A DNA stretch of 45,523 bases, taken from Neolecta irregularis DAH-3 (Eukaryota). Below the pieces are notes generated by a model. That model had not been told where the DNA came from and did no database searches. It saw only the letters and a list, made by a program, of their open reading frames with translations. The stretch lies in NCBI GenBank assembly GCA_001929475.1, contig LXFE01001251.1:1-45523 (forward strand). The letters are read 5' to 3'. This document shows, in pieces, positions 1 through 12,512 of this stretch (position 1 is the first letter of the stretch; every line of letters starts with the position of its first letter). The translations under genes were made by a program, and so were the position numbers.

Positions 1-187
1 ATTAAAAATTGCATTCGATTTGATGTTTCCGAGATCCCTCATGTTCTGAACTGAATAAAAGACATTGATAGAGAATTGCCATACGTCAATTTGATGGGGT
101 TGCCACGAATCCAAGCTGACACTTTTAACTTTTGATATGTGTCTCACACGTTAGTCTCTATACTAGACGCGTTCCTACGTTCCCATT
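1..187 (+). repeat. Terminal direct repeat, copy 1 (copy 2 at 45337-45523)
   Basis: Base-by-base match to 45337-45523 with 4 substitutions (positions 67, 72, 88, 121). Confidence 0.98.
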
Positions 188-390
188 TTCCGATGAAACC
201 CTGCACATCTCATACAGATGAAAATGCCGAGGGACCAGGATGTCCACTGAACTTGCCTCGATCTACAATCGGCACATAAATCGTTTCCCGGTACTTCACG
301 TTTAGCAATAATTCAGACAACTGATATACAAGTCATAAGTGCCCTAAGTTGTGCTTCGTTTTTTGCAAAGGAACGTCTTGAAGCAGACAT
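1..390 (-). CDS. ArfGAP zinc-finger protein (Gts1/Ucp3-like), 5' half; continues at the far end of the window
   Basis: Manual minus-strand translation from ATG at 390 across short introns: [70 protein letters not shown]. This is the ArfGAP CxxC-x16-CxxC-x4-R motif. Not in the ORF track. Confidence 0.92.
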
Positions 391-1046
391 GTTGGGAAAG
401 GGGAAGCCGTTGGGGTAATCACCTCTACGAATTTGGTCCGGCGCAGTAGCTTTGTCAGACTCGGCGTAATAGAATGACCCCCCTGAAAGCCCAGTCTATT
501 CCTCGAAACCTATTATCGCGCGTGAATCGTAATAGAAATGATCCGAATTTAACAGACTAACCGCGATGGGTTCGACGTGGTAGGCCACTTTTGGAATAAT
601 CTATCTATACTCGTCCAAAACGACTATTATATCCATTTTAAAATCGGCTGGATTCGAACCGTATATTCCATCTATATACATATACTCTCAAGCACGACAT
701 CCAAGATGGTGCATATCTGAAATGTAGGTGACTGGCGCTTTGATTGATACAAATACCAGCCTTAAGTATCATCTCAAATGTCGGTCTGCCAGAACAATAT
801 AACGCTGTGTCTTGTAGAATCTAGACGCTACGCATGAATTGATTCTGGTGCATTGTTAAAAGATGAAATTATTTTCACAAGTAACCGCATTTTTAAAAGG
901 AAATTTGATGTAATTGATACTACATGACTACAGCTCTCATCTACGTCATTCTAATTGATTCTAAATTTAATATGAATTAAAAGGATGTACCTTACCCTAA
1001 TCTCAATTCCTAAAGTTGGTATATGTAAAAAAGGGACTTCAACTCT

Positions 1047-1525
1047 ATGCCAAGCGACCTAGAATATATGCGTCTCGCTTTATCTGAAGCAAATAAATGC
1101 AAACCAACTCGTTCAGCATTTTGCGTAGGCGCAGTATCCATCTACCTCTAAAAGTCCTGAAATAAACAAAGGTTCTAGTCAAACATGACCGAATTATATC
1201 AACGGGGTATTCACGCGAACTAGATGGAAATACACACGCCGAAGAATGTGCGTTTTTGAAATTATCTTGCAAGGAAGAAGCAAAAGGATGTACAATGTAC
1301 ACAACAATGGAACCATGCGGTCCAATTCGCTTGAGCGGGAAGAAACCTTGTACGCAATGGTGTATTGAAGCCGGTGTTGAGCAGGTTGTAATTGGAGTAC
1401 GAGAACCGGGTACATTTGTTAAATGTGAGGGAATTGAGATGTTGAGGAGTAACAGGATCCAAGTTTTTTGTTTGAATGAAATGGAAAGTGAATGTTTAAA
1501 AGTAGCAACAAGAGGTCATATATAG
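1047..1525 (+). CDS. Stand-alone RIB2-type (DRAP) deaminase, cytidine/dCMP deaminase fold
   Basis: MPSDLEYMRLALSEANKC..AFCVGA / intron / VLVKHDRIISTGYSRELDGNTHAEECA..YTTMEPCGPIRLSGKKPC..GVREPGTFV. HAE and PC..C zinc motifs; the GYSRELxGNTHAE signature matches the Rib2 C-terminal domain. Confidence 0.85.
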
Positions 1526-1616
1526 ACTAGAAATGGCATTTTGTTTAGACTACCGCCGCCGTGCACTCGAAGAAAATCTTCAAGTCAGTACAAGTTCTTT
1601 TAATCCAAATTTTGGA

Positions 1617-3992
1617 CTATTGCCGGCGTCCACTGGGTATCTGCAAAAGAAAATCTACGAGTGAATACAACTCTTTCAAGAGACATACCTTCTGCCGCTT
1701 TCTTCTGGGCAGGCCTAGAACCAGGTCTCGTCCTCGCCGCTTCATGATTTCTCAATTCATCAGGAACTTTACTAATACTACTCTTTGAAAGCATCAATCT
1801 CAAATCAAAAAAGGTATCTTGGTCGTCATTTGTAAGCAAGGTGATCGCCACACCGGATTTTCCTGCACGGCCCGTTCTACCGATTCGATGAGTATAATCT
1901 TCGATATTTTTGGCCATGTTGTAATTTACGACAAGGGAGACATCAGAGACGTCGATACCGCGTCCAGCTAGATCCGTAGCGACGAGGATATCAGCGTTAC
2001 CCGCTCGTAATTGAGAAAGAGCAGCTTCTCTTTGATCTTGGGATTTTCCTCCGTGTAGGGTAACGGCTCGCCAGCCGAGGTTGCTTAGAACTTTGGCGAG
2101 ACCGTCGCAGTTTCGTTTAATGTTTACAAAAATTATTATAGGGGCAGCGAATTCATTCGAATTGAGCATTTCTTCAAGACGTTTCCTGGACGATATCAGT
2201 TTTTGGTAAAGAGTATTGCATACTTTTTCTTATCCTCGGGGACAAATTCTACTCGTTGTTCAACTGTATCGACTGCTTGTCCAGCATTTCCAATAGTAAC
2301 GATTGCAGGTCTACGTAAATACTTTCTCGCCAACCTCTCCAAACTATTCGGCATCTACAATTAACAAGGGAGAAACAAAGGGATGAATACGGTAGCACTA
2401 AACATGACAGTTTGTCGATAGCGTTCCTTGCCACCAATCCATTTACTCATTTTCACAGGATTTTCTGCATCTTCGGTATCCGGTTTTTGATTTTGAACAG
2501 GCAAGGCTTCAAGGATACCCTGCACCGCCTCTTCAAATCCCAAATCGATCATACGATCAGCTTCATCCAAAACGACATACGCGCATTGATTTAAAACTAG
2601 TACCCGACGTTCAAGACAATCGATAAGTCTACCGGGAGTGGCAATAACTATTTCGGCGCCTTCGCGGAGATTATAAGCCTGTTCTTCGATCGTGTGACCG
2701 CCGACTATACTAACACATTTAAACCCTACCGGTTTCGCAAATTTATTCGCTTCGAGTTCGATTTGTTGCGCTAGTTCACGGGTAGGCACAAGGGCTATTG
2801 CGTACGGTCCATTCGTCTTGTTAAAATCGTCTAGTGGAGGCATTTCCATGATATAAGACAACATTGGCAGGACAAATGCCGCTGTTTTACCAGATCCGGT
2901 TTCAGCTATACCGATTATATCTCGAAGGGCAAGACCGATTGGGATTGCGGCCCGTTGAATGGGAGAGGGTTCTTTATATCCTACTTTTGCTATTAATTCC
3001 ATTATTGTTTTAGGTAAATTCGATTCTTTCCAGTTTCGAATAGGGTTAGGTATACCACCACCTCTAGATTAGCCATCTCAACATGAGAAAAGAACACCTT
3101 TAGTCACAATACTGAAATCTTCTTTAAATATCCGCCAATCGCGTTCTTTCATTTGATCCAAGGGTTTCTCAAACCAAGGACGATCCTGCCAATCGACCTT
3201 GGCAGCTCTCCGTTGCTCCAATTCCATCAACCGTCTTCAAAATGAATATAAAAGAATAAACATGGATATACCTCGTTCGTTCTTGGTCTTGGCCATCTTT
3301 AACAAGTTCCGCAACATATGCAGTTCTATTCTTGTGTAAATCAACATCATCGAATCCAGCCAATTTTCCTCTGCCGTAAAATTGGGCGTCGTGACGGTTG
3401 GCGTAGAGTGGGTTGATATCAGTTGACGTATCATCTTGTACATCCCAATCGAAATTGAACTTTTTATCATTAATTTTGCGTTTCTTCTTCTTGGGTTGTT
3501 CCAAGCCGAGGTATTTATCCTGGGATTAATAGATATAATTTGACATGGTACTTTGAGGGCTTTTGCTTCTTCTTGTTCCATTGTACGGGGTTCTCCTTTT
3601 GGCAGCTCTTTAGGAGGGGGAGGGGGAGGTGGCGGCATATCGGGTCTAGTTCTTCCCGGTCTTTTATTTCTCATAGATGATGGTCCAGTGGGTGGACCTC
3701 GTGTGCGAGGACCCGTAGGAATAACACCTTCCATAGCCTCAGTAGTATGGGCAAGAAACTCTTGGAAGAGTTTCTTGCCATTTTCTTGTTTTTCTCGTTC
3801 TAGTTTGACTTTTTGGGATCGCCGTTCGAGAGCTAGAGCAGCTCTCTCTTGTTTTGACAAAAATTTGGGTTTTGAATTTGCAGCTTCCTCTTCTTTTTTC
3901 TTCTTGATTAGTTCTTCTAGGGATGGTATTGTTCTGCTGGACGGGGGTTGGGGGAGTGGAGGAGATTTTGGTGGAGGTGGGATGGCATTCAT
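1617..3992 (-). CDS. PRP28: Pre-mRNA splicing DEAD-box helicase Prp28/DDX23 (multi-exon)
   Basis: KPKFLSK N-terminus, [46 protein letters not shown]. Last exon is ambiguous (see findings). Confidence 0.95.
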
Positions 3993-4091
3993 GGTGTTGG
4001 TTGAACAATGACCTGTGTTCACATGCAGTAATTTTTGACAACTATAGAAAGATGTTTCTAAAGTTATTTGTTTCCAAAATTGTAGATAGCG

Positions 4092-4199
4092 GGGTTGAAT
4101 TTGCAGTTTCTTCTTTTTTCTTCTGGTTAGTTCTTTGAGGGATGTGATCGTTCTGCTGGGCAAGGGGGAGTGGAGGGGAATCTGGGGAGGTGGGATGGC
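4092..4199 (-). repeat. Degenerate duplicate of the PRP28 5' coding end (source about 3867-3986)
   Basis: Aligns by eye: GAATTTGCAG..TTCTTTTTTCTTCT..TTAGTTCTT..AGGGATG..GTTCTGCTGG..GGGGGAGTGGAGG..GGAGGTGGGATGGC in both places. The copy has indels and lacks the ATG. Confidence 0.8.
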
Positions 4200-4257
4200 T
4201 GACCGAGTAATACAATAATACAGTCTTAACTATAAAAGACGGTTCTAAGATTTGAAA

Positions 4258-5153
4258 TTAGGTATCACGAGGTTCATATGCAGGTAGATAAAGCTCTTCT
4301 TCAGCAGGTACGGTTATATCTGGGGGTCTAGTAGAACTGGAAGGGTCAAGGGGAGCACTAGCTCTTGAACGGAGGTCAGCTTGTTGTGGGATGGATGGTT
4401 TTCTAGGATCAATTTGGGAGAGAATGTCGAAATCGTCTGGGTTTGCTGGAACTGAAGGTTGCACGGGGTGACATTGTCCTGGTGGGCAGGGAGGGGCAGA
4501 AGGGAGGAGAGCTTGTTGCGCAGCGACGAGTTGGGCTTTTGTGTCCGGTTGGGGCGGTTGTATGGGAGAAGGTTGTATGTGGGCAGTGTCTGGTGTGACT
4601 GGAATGTCTGGTGAGTCTGGCATGTGGGGAGTGACTGGATTGGTAACCGGATTCTGGGAATTCCTTAAACTGTCGACGGTTCCGACGACGACTTCAAAGA
4701 GAAAAGTGTGGACGCCGCGTTCTCGCCGAAGACGGTCAGTGTCGAGGGTGCAGTGGTCGTCGCCAGGGGTGTCTGACTGGTCTCCTGCAGGTTTCCTGAT
4801 GTCTGACTGGTCTATGGTAGTTTTCCCGGAGAGGTCGACTACGATCTCGCAAAAGTAGCTGAAGGAGGCCAGGGGGGCGTTTGCAATGGTGGGAAAGACG
4901 TCAGCGGGGAGCCTGATGCGCGGGGTGGCGGAGAAGTCGAGGGATTTTGGGTCTATGAAGAGGGGGACGACGACCTGGGCGAGGTCCTTTCTGTAGGACT
5001 GGCGGGTGCTGGGGTTAGGCTGGGGGGGTGGCGGAGGAGGAGCGTACCCCTTTGCGTGTATTCTGGAGAGGCGGTAGAGGGTGACGATGATGCCGCGGAG
5101 GTTCTTGAGCGGCCTGGCGTGGGAGATGTGGACGCAGATGGCGAGGGCGTCGC
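4258..5153 (-). CDS. RIM8: pH-signalling arrestin PalF/Rim8, 3' part only (5' part lost in the assembly gap)
   Basis: Manual translation across one intron: GDALAICVHISHARPLKNLRGIIVTLYR..SYRKDLAQVVVPLFIDP..RLPADVFPTI..FSYFCEIVVDL..LDTDRLRRERGV..FEVVVGTVDS..EELYLPAYE. These blocks match my recollection of the PalF arrestin C-domain and its C-terminal LPxY motif. Confidence 0.85.
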
Positions 5154-5192
5154 CTGGCGGTTAGGGCGGGGGGCTTTGGGGGGGGATCTGGG

Positions 5193-5202
5193 NNNNNNNN
5201 NN
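5193..5202. other. Scaffold gap (10 N); true size must be larger
   Basis: Run of N. The 5' part of palF/RIM8 is absent on both sides. Confidence 0.95.
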
Positions 5203-5557
5203 AACTGCTGACTGGTGGGTACTGGTATGGTATACTGCTGACTGGTGGGTACTGGTATAGTATGCTGCTGTACTGGTGAGTACTGGTATAGTATGCTGCT
5301 ATCCTGGTGGGTACTGGTATAGTATACTGCTGTACTGGTGAGTACTGGTATAGTATGCTGCTGTACTGGTTGGTACTGGTATAGTATGCTGCTATCCTGG
5401 TGGGTACTGGTATAGTATACTGCTGACTGGTGGGTACTGGTATAGTATGCTGATGTACTGGTGGGCACCGATATAGTATGCTGCTGTGCTGGTGGGTACT
5501 AGTATAGTATGCTGCTGTACTGGTGAGTACTGCTGTACTGCTCTCCTGGTGGGTACC
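5203..5557 (+). repeat. Minisatellite with a 30-31 bp unit, at least 10 copies, truncated by the gap
   Basis: Consensus CTGGTGGGTACTGGTATAGTATGCTGCTGTA repeated head to tail with recurring variants and no spacers. Confidence 0.97.
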
Positions 5558-5597
5558 GGGTAGAGGTGTCAGGCTGGCCGCCCCCGCACTCCACCAA

Positions 5598-7369
<1,772 letters not shown>

Positions 7370-7469
7370 CAGCATTTTCGCATTGTGATTTGGAGAGAAA
7401 GATGTTTGATTGTCTGGTATTATTCGTATAAATTCTTATTCGGGTGGGGAAAACAATATTTTCTTTTAA

Positions 7470-8016
7470 TCATTTGTGTTCTTCTTGATCTTTGCGTTTT
7501 ATATCGTTACGTGAACGAGCCGCGAATGGTGTTGATCTTTTCGCCTCAGGATGTCCAGATTGTTTCATCCAAGCTTGAGATTCCTTTTCAATATCCAGAA
7601 TTACTGCAAAATCAGCCCAAAGTCGAACCCACCCAAAACGTACATTCTTCCCAACTTTTTTCACTTTCTGGATTTCCTGTTCCTAATTCCTTTTTCAAAT
7701 CGACTTTTTGCCCGGTTTGTATGCGTTGAATAACATCTTTTAATATCTCAATCTTGCACTTTGACCAAACCAAATATTCGGAATAAGATTGTTTTATATG
7801 TAATAAATGGATAGCTTGTGACCCGAATATAAGCCACAGAAATAAAAGCGTGGTATTGGAATTAAATAGCCATTTCGTTTTATTGCTGGTAGATTGAACT
7901 GGAGAAAAAGAGTCTGGTGATGATGAGGATAGCAAACGGGATGACAACCGTGAGGTGATTTTGAAATTGAGGCTTTTGGAAATTAGGAAGCGAGGGAATA
8001 TATGTGACATAAACAT
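7470..8016 (-). CDS. Small predicted mitochondrial membrane protein, DUF5321-like (2 exons)
   Basis: Presequence-like N-terminus, one hydrophobic segment, and IFGSQAIHL..KIEILKDVIQRIQTGQKVDLKKELGTGNPESEKSWEE. A GTACGT..TGCAG intron joins it to the 7470-7664 frame. Confidence 0.7.
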
Positions 8017-8123
8017 TTGTCGTTCGTTAAAAGTAGAGGAAAAACACGTTTGTTGAACGGATTTGAAAAGGGGGTGGGAGATTGGTATAAATTTTCAACA
8101 CCTTGTAATTATCACATTTCACA

Positions 8124-9349
8124 ATGAAAACTATGCATGACTCGTATAATGACGAAAAACAGCCTTGTATCGTAGGAAAAGTCGATCGGTCATCGTTAGA
8201 ACAAAAATTTGGAACGCGGTATCTTGTTGATATCGAAAAGGCATTTGAATATAATGCTTGGTATTTTCCTGTTTTATCAACAATTTTCTGATAATAAGGG
8301 ACCACATCGATTGGGGAGATGAACATGAGGAGTATGCTAAAGAATGTATTGCACGGCAAAAGAAAGCTCCTGTACAGCCTCATGATCGAGGTATTACGAT
8401 ATTCTACGATAAAGAGTTTGCTAAACCCCAACAAGAACAGGTGATGAAAGATCCAGCTGGGTTTTGGAACACTTTCTACTCCAACTGTACGAATACATTT
8501 TTCAAAGATCGACATTGGATTCAGAGGGAGTTTCCGGAATTATTGGAATGTACAACTGAAACAGTGAATATAATATTTGTGATGATTTAATGGCTAGGCT
8601 GGACGAAAGTATATCGTAGAAGTCGGGTGTGGAGCAGGAAATACCATGTTTCCGCTACTCAGTGCGAATCGAAACGACAGACTTGTCGTGCACGGAGTAG
8701 ATTTTTCAAGTGTTGCAGTAGATGTTGTACGGTCGAATGAGCTATTTGCAAAACATGCAGCCAACGCCCGAGCGAGTGTATGGGATCTTGCAGACCTAGA
8801 TGGAAAGCTCCCAGCGGGAGTGGAAGAGAACAGCGTAGACGTCGTCATCCTGATCTTTGTATTTAGTGCGCTGGTGGGTACATGGGCGTGCGTGTATGCT
8901 GACAATAAAGGCACCAGAACAGTGGAGACAGGCAGTCGACAATGTGTCTAGGGTATGAAGAAGGGTTGATACCGGCCAACCTGGACAGATGCTTCGGGCG
9001 GGAGGGGTTGTGCTGTTCCGGGACTATGGCCGGCTGGACATGACACAGCTGCGGTTCAAGGACCAGAGGCTGCTCGACGACAATTTCTACATGCGCGGGG
9101 ACAAGACGCGGGTGTATTTCTTTGACGCGGGCAAGACGGGAGGGCGAGACACGGCTGACACGGACAGGCGAGGTTGCAGGGGCTTTTGGACGGCGATTTG
9201 GGATTGTGCAGAACACTGTAGACCGGCGGCTGCTGGTGAACCGCAAGCGGGGGCTGAAGATGTACCGGGCGTGGGTGCAGGGCAAGTTTGCGAAAACACG
9301 CGGGGCGGCCGGGGGCGAGGGCCCGGACGGAGAAGGGAGGGGTTTCTGA
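8124..9349 (+). CDS. TRM140: tRNA m3C32 methyltransferase (Trm140/METTL2 family)
   Basis: [91 protein letters not shown]. Confidence 0.92.
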
Positions 9350-9429
9350 GGCGGGGAAGCGCGGCGGCGGAGAGCGTATGGGCCGCGAACACCAACCTTT
9401 AAAGCTCGCCCTGCCGCCGCTGCCGAGTG

Positions 9430-10999
9430 ATGGCTTTGCTTGTGTCTGCACCGGCCAAGTGCATCCTTTTTGGCGAACATGCAGTTGTGCATGGCACTGT
9501 ATGCGCTGCCGCGGCTGGACTGACGCGCCCAGAGTGCGATTGCGGCATCCATCTCGCTGCGTGCGTACCTGCTTGTCGCTGCCCGCCCGCCCGGCAGTGC
9601 GGTGCAGCTGCTGGTGCCTGATCTTGGCCTGAATCTGGCCTGGCCGGTGGATTCTCTGCCCTGGAGCCAGGTGCCTGTCGCGCGCGGGTTGGCCGCTGTT
9701 GCAGCGGGTAGTAGTGGTGGTGCCAGTAAACCTACTACTGCGGGTAGTAGTAGTGCCAGTAAACCTACTCTTGCGGCCAGTAGTAGTGGTGCCAGTAAAC
9801 CTACTACTGCGGGTAGTACAACTACTACTACGGCCTGCAAACCTACTACTGCGGGTAGTACAACTACTACTGCGGCCAGTACAACTACTGCTAAGGCGAG
9901 CACAGCACCGTCCGCTGTTCCGTCCGCGCTACACCCGCCGCTGGTCCGCGCCCTCGAATCTCTGCTCGCCGGTACCGATCCCAACCACTTCTCGACCGCC
10001 TTTGCCTTTCTCTATCTCTACCTGCATCTCGCATCCCGCTCGAGCCCCGCCGCTTTCCTCGTCCGCTCAACCATCCCGCTCGGTGCCGGCCTCGGATCCA
10101 GCGCCGCCTTCAGCGTCTGTCTCGCCGCCGCCTTGCTCTTTGCAAATGGCCATATCGCCCGACCCTGCACTGGTCCGCCCTCTCCAGCCGCCCGCATCCT
10201 CATCGACGAATGGGCCTTCCTCGGCGAGTGCTGCCTCCACGGAAACCCCAGCGGCATCGACAACGCCATCTGCACTGCCGGCGGAGCGATCCTCTTCAAA
10301 AAAGGCGCTTCAGGGGAGAAGCCCCGCAAGACCTTCATCCCAGAGTATCCTAACCCCTAACTCCTAAACCTAATCCTCAAGCTTTCCCTCAATCCCCCTC
10401 ATCCTCACAAATACCTTCCAGTCACGCCAAACCGCAAAACTCGTCGCCAAGGTCGCTGCCTTGCGCGACTCCCATCCCTCAGTCGTTGCCCCGGTCTTCA
10501 ACGCCATCGATGCCACTGTAACCCAGGCTTACCAGCTCCTGACAACCTCGCAGACTGATTTGACCGCAGATCGCACCTCCTGGACCGCAAGACTCGGTCA
10601 ATTGATAGACATCAACCATGGCCTCCTAGTCTCTCTCGGCGTAAGCCACCCCAAGCTCGAGAAGGTTAAAGAGGTCGCCCATAAAGGAAATGTCGGTTGG
10701 ACAAAACTGACTGGTGCCGGTGGTGGTGGTTGTGCTATTACAGTGCTCCGAGATGGTAAGATCCACATCTATTTTCACTGACCCCTTGAGGCGTCACGAG
10801 AGAGGCCCTGCGAGTACTAGAAGGGAAATTTTTAATTGAGGGTTTCGAAATGTTTGAGGTTGTGCTCGGTGACAAGGGCGTTGCCGTTCATGGTGCATAC
10901 ACACCAATCACCGAAGCAGCCTTCCTTGGGGCAAAAACACATAAAGATCTTCTCGCACTACTCAGTACAGAACACGTAAGGGGTTGGGAATATTGGTGA
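9430..10999 (+). CDS. ERG12: Mevalonate kinase
   Basis: SAPAKCILFGEHAVVHG, STIPLGAGLGSSAA (GHMP ATP loop), HGNPSGIDN, LGVSHPKLE, KLTGAGGGGC. Confidence 0.96.
9704..9892 (+). repeat. Imperfect minisatellite (about 33-42 bp units) inside ERG12
   Basis: Units like GCGGGTAGTAGT(GGT)GGTGCCAGTAAACCTACTACT, 4-5 copies, all length changes in multiples of 3. Reads AGSSGGASKPTT / AGSSSASKPTL / AASSSGASKPTT / AGSTTTTTACKPTT. Confidence 0.93.
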
Positions 11000-11138
11000 T
11001 GTATACTTGCGATTTCATAGTAGAGTTGAACAGCCTATCATCTGAACCACATTGTCTCTTTCATCTATCCTGTTTAGATTGTTTGTAAATTCATTGAAAT
11101 TGTCCCTTCCCCCCAAGTTTTCCACAAACAAATTCCAC

Positions 11139-12300
11139 ATGGATGACCAAGAAGAATATGTACTGGTTTGGGTGTCCGTTGCTAACTTGTAGAAACCCTT
11201 GAATTTCACAGACGGATCTTGGGACGACATCATTCCCATTCCTCAGGAAGATGACCCGCATTCCATCGCCGAAATTGCCTATACCCAAGAATACAAACAA
11301 GGAATGTCATATTTGCGAGCGATCATGGAGAAGGAAGAGTTTAGCGACCGAGCATTGGACTTGACTGAGTATATTATCGCTATGAATCCGGCACATTATA
11401 CTGTATGGTAAACAAGGTCCGTCAATATATCCCGCTCATGCAAACAGGGCTTATAGAGCAAACATTCTTTTCGCTTCGAACGAAGATCTCCGGGATGAAC
11501 TGAAATATATTGAACCTTGGGCTGAGCGCTTTTCAAAAAATTATCAAATATGGTAACTCCAATTCAAGTCGAGACCTAATAACAGGCATCACCGGCAGAC
11601 TATTATTAAAAATCTCAGAGATCCCTCTGGTGAATTGGGCTTTACAGCTACAATTCTCAAAAAAGATCCCAAGAATTATCACATTTGGACATACAGGTCT
11701 CGCGAAGGTCTGTTGAGTATCTACTGATATACAGGCAATGGGTTATTCAGGAATTCAGCCTATGGGAAGACGAGCTTGAGTTTATCGAGAAACTACTGGA
11801 AGAGGATGTGAGAAATAACTCTGCCTGGAACCATCGGTTCTATACCACTTTCTTTCGACAAGATAAACTACCGGAGAATGCTATAATTCAGCGGGAGATT
11901 GAGTAGCTCTATATCCTTTCGATTGCTAATCGATAGTTATGCCAAAGCCTCAATACCTATTGCACCACAGAATCCTTGTCCATGGAACTATCTAAGGGGG
12001 TACCTATTATTTCTCGCATTCAGCTTATGTTTCAGGATATTTGAAAAGACCGGTACTCCGCTAACCGAACTGGAATCTCTATGTCGTCCTTACGTTCCCG
12101 AAGATAACGGACAAGAGTGCCTGGTTTCGCCACAGGCTATGGATTTGTATGCCGATATATGCGTCATTCAAAAGAATATACAGAAAGCGCAACTCATCTA
12201 TGACTTACTTGCACGTCTGTACGACCCTATTCGCGAAAATTATTGGAAATACAAAAAAAGTCAGTTGACTAAAGTCGACTCGGCTGCTGAGGCTGTTTAA
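11139..12300 (+). CDS. RAM2: Protein farnesyltransferase/geranylgeranyltransferase-I alpha subunit
   Basis: WDDIIPIPQEDD, YLRAIM..EFSDRALDLT, NPAHYTVWAYR, KNYQIWHHR, KNYHIWTYRQW, DVRNNSAWNHR, PQNPCPWNYLRG, YDPIRENYW (PPTA repeats). Confidence 0.95.
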
Positions 12301-12477
12301 GTGTCAAACTCCAAGTCCATAATTATTCTGTAAAGCAAATTTTTGAAAGCAATCATTTTCAACCCACATTTCCTCAATTTAATCTCTTCTGTCTGTGATG
12401 TGCAGCTTTGGGTTGTTGGGAAGGCAATCGAGGTTGCGAAATTAACGACCATATTTGTTTTTCCGGTCACATACGAG

Positions 12478-12485
12478 TATATAAA
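12478..12485 (+). promoter_or_regulatory. TATA box of the U4 snRNA gene
   Basis: TATATAAA starting 35 nt upstream of the inferred U4 5' end. Confidence 0.6.
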
Positions 12486-12512
12486 CCCTCCTTCCCGGCC
12501 CAAATTACCCCT

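Noticed and set aside
1-187. Terminal repeats as LTRs of a giant mobile element
   Set aside because: The repeat is ordinary ArfGAP exon and intron sequence. No TG..CA ends, transposase, integrase or tyrosine recombinase is visible in the window.
5203-5557. CRISPR array or telomere
   Set aside because: Units are contiguous with no unique spacers, the context is eukaryotic, and there are no cas genes. The G-rich strand points inward from the contig start, the wrong polarity for a left telomere.
8863-9984. 373-aa minus-strand ORF with hydrophobic repeats
   Set aside because: Antisense shadow of TRM140/ERG12 in a GC-rich, stop-poor island; no recognisable motif.
8850-10520. Horizontal transfer or contamination as the cause of the GC-rich islands
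   Set aside because: GC rises and falls gradually inside native intron-containing genes (TRM140, ERG12, the kinase) with no sharp boundary.
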